A DNA stretch of 63,833 bases, filler included, from Trichomonas gallinae (taxonomy: Eukaryota), in the NCBI GenBank assembly GCA_008369845.1. It is 7 parts of 7 records of this genome, joined end to end, with 100 filler letters (N's around TTAATTAATTAA, not from the genome) between each part and the next. Parts side by side here need not be neighbours in the genome. Positions count along the whole stretch, not along the records: positions 61,849 to 63,833 come from MRSU01000718.1; 6 more parts are not named here. One strand, written 5' to 3'. This document shows, piece after piece, positions 62,520 to 63,833 of this stretch. Position 1 is the stretch's first letter. Every line of letters begins with the position of its first letter. Made by a program: the position numbers and the translations under genes. Below the pieces are notes generated by a model. It saw only the letters and a program-made list of their open reading frames with translations, had not been told where the DNA came from and did no database searches.

Positions 62520-63455
62520 ATGTCACAGGAATTCGAATCTGGTGTACTACCCATTGCATTCTTTAAGCAATGCGAGCTCGACTACAACAGCCTCCAAGAC
62601 AAACCAGCAAAAACTCCGGAACAGCAAAGTGAGCTAAATAATTTGATTCAAAGATTAGAAAAACTTTGGGATCATTTTAGAGTGGGCAAATTCTACTCTC
62701 ACAACGAAGAATTGGACGAATATTCAAATTCTACCCTCAGATTTTTCTTAATTCCTTTCTTCATCGGCAGACTTCATTTGAATTTTCAAGGTACTGAGCG
62801 TCCAGCTCATTTGGAAGCTGCTTCTGCATATCTGACGGCATTTTCCGATCAGATGGTTCACTTTAAGATTGCCGCAAAGGAATTACCTCCACCTACTAAT
62901 CCAAATGAGCGGAGAAACCGCGTTGTTGCCGAATATGCTGAGCGTCGTGAGCTTGAGGAGCGTCTTAAAAGAATGTCCCAGCTTACAAAACCAGGAGAAG
63001 AGCGTGGCCAACTTGGTGATCAAGTTGATGAGCAATACGAAAGAGAAACAATCATGGATTTACTTAAGCTTTCAGTCATAGAAGCTAGGTCAAGTGCCAG
63101 GGCGGCTGCTGAAGAACTTCCTTTCGCAAAAATGCATGCAGCGGGAATTCAACCAGAAGAGCCAAAGGAACCACCGCGCAAGCCATGGTTCCATCGCATT
63201 GATCGCGAGCAAATACGCAACAAAGTGTTTGCACCTCTCGAGGATGTCATGCCTCATGAACTTCCTCCGGATGATGAAACTTTCGCGACACCAGGAGAAC
63301 CTGGACCAGACATCAATTCTGAGATAGAAGAAGAGCGTGAAAGAGCACGCATAAAACAAGCCAAATGGGATGATTGGAAAGATGAACATCCTCCATTCTC
63401 AGTTGTTGATGGATTTCAGGATAATGACAAACATCCTCGTGTATATGAGAAGTAA
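62520..63455 (+). CDS. TAP42/alpha4 (IGBP1)-like PP2A regulator
   Basis: YSHNEELDEYSNSTLRFFLIPFFIGRL, RNRVVAEY and KWDDWKDEHP; the ATG at 62520 follows a TCACT Inr (alternative ATG at 62493). Confidence 0.88.
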   Translation: MSQEFESGVLPIAFFKQCELDYNSLQDKPAKTPEQQSELNNLIQRLEKLWDHFRVGKFYSHNEELDEYSNSTLRFFLIPFFIGRLHLNFQGTERPAHLEAASAYLTAFSDQMVHFKIAAKELPPPTNPNERRNRVVAEYAERRELEERLKRMSQLTKPGEERGQLGDQVDEQYERETIMDLLKLSVIEARSSARAAAEELPFAKMHAAGIQPEEPKEPPRKPWFHRIDREQIRNKVFAPLEDVMPHELPPDDETFATPGEPGPDINSEIEEERERARIKQAKWDDWKDEHPPFSVVDGFQDNDKHPRVYEK

Positions 63456-63833
63456 CCGTTCTAATGTTGTTTTGTAAACTTGAATAGTATACTATCATTA
63501 ATTCCTAAAGTATAGTTTTTGCGTCAAAATATCAAAAAATTATGTGTCATAATGTCAGAATTATGTGTCAAAATATCAGAATTTTATTAAGGGGATGAAA
63601 TTATTAATCAGGGTCTTAATTGCAAAAATCAATTTAAAAAGGATAATTATATAAGCATCGCAATGAATACGCCTACGAGAAAAGTGTTTCGAGAACAAAA
63701 ATTATAGTTTGCCGCACATGTTATAAGGCCACACTCAGTAAGACTGGAACGAGGAAGACCCGATGAAAGGAGCATTGAGATGAATGAAGGTGATTTGTTC
63801 TGGACAATGACGCCGCAACGAAGACAGCGACAG

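Noticed and set aside
63650..63833. GC-richer window end with several open frames
   Set aside because: No frame gives a recognisable protein or RNA; needs flanking sequence.
1..63833. Canonical trichomonad introns (ACTAACACACAG), stop-codon reassignment, rRNA, Maverick or transposase ORFs
   Set aside because: None seen by eye. Conserved genes end normally at TAA, TAG or TGA, and no integrase, polymerase or transposase motifs were recognised.

Overview
Eukaryotic, AT-rich, essentially intron-free DNA from a trichomonad (Trichomonas-like parabasalid). The evidence is actin MAEEDVQ, beta-tubulin MVREIVH, GAPDH MVVKVAING, BspA-like LRR genes, low-MW thioredoxin reductase and tandem TCAY Inr promoters. 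The species cannot be fixed from the sequence alone. The window is seven contigs joined by six artificial 100-nt linkers (44N-TTAATTAATTAA-44N), so synteny across linkers is unproven. Contigs break in multicopy sequences (actin, two tRNAs, GAPDH, V-ATPase B, beta-tubulin, a 41-bp minisatellite and a small TIR element). About 28 protein genes or gene fragments, 2 partial tRNAs and several gene relics are present. No prokaryote-style novel system is evident. The best leads are: a ~206-bp TIR element that can be rebuilt from two contig ends; a PIG-V-like GT-C enzyme plus GPI-signal-like BspA tails in a lineage reported to lack GPI anchors; an FP-less PI31-like protein ending in an HbYX motif; a very divergent Sin3-like protein; a RapGAP fold lacking the Asn thumb; intact genes with no usable ATG; and a recurrent intergenic TG(A/T)CRYGTAAA motif. 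All family calls are by motif recognition, without database searches.
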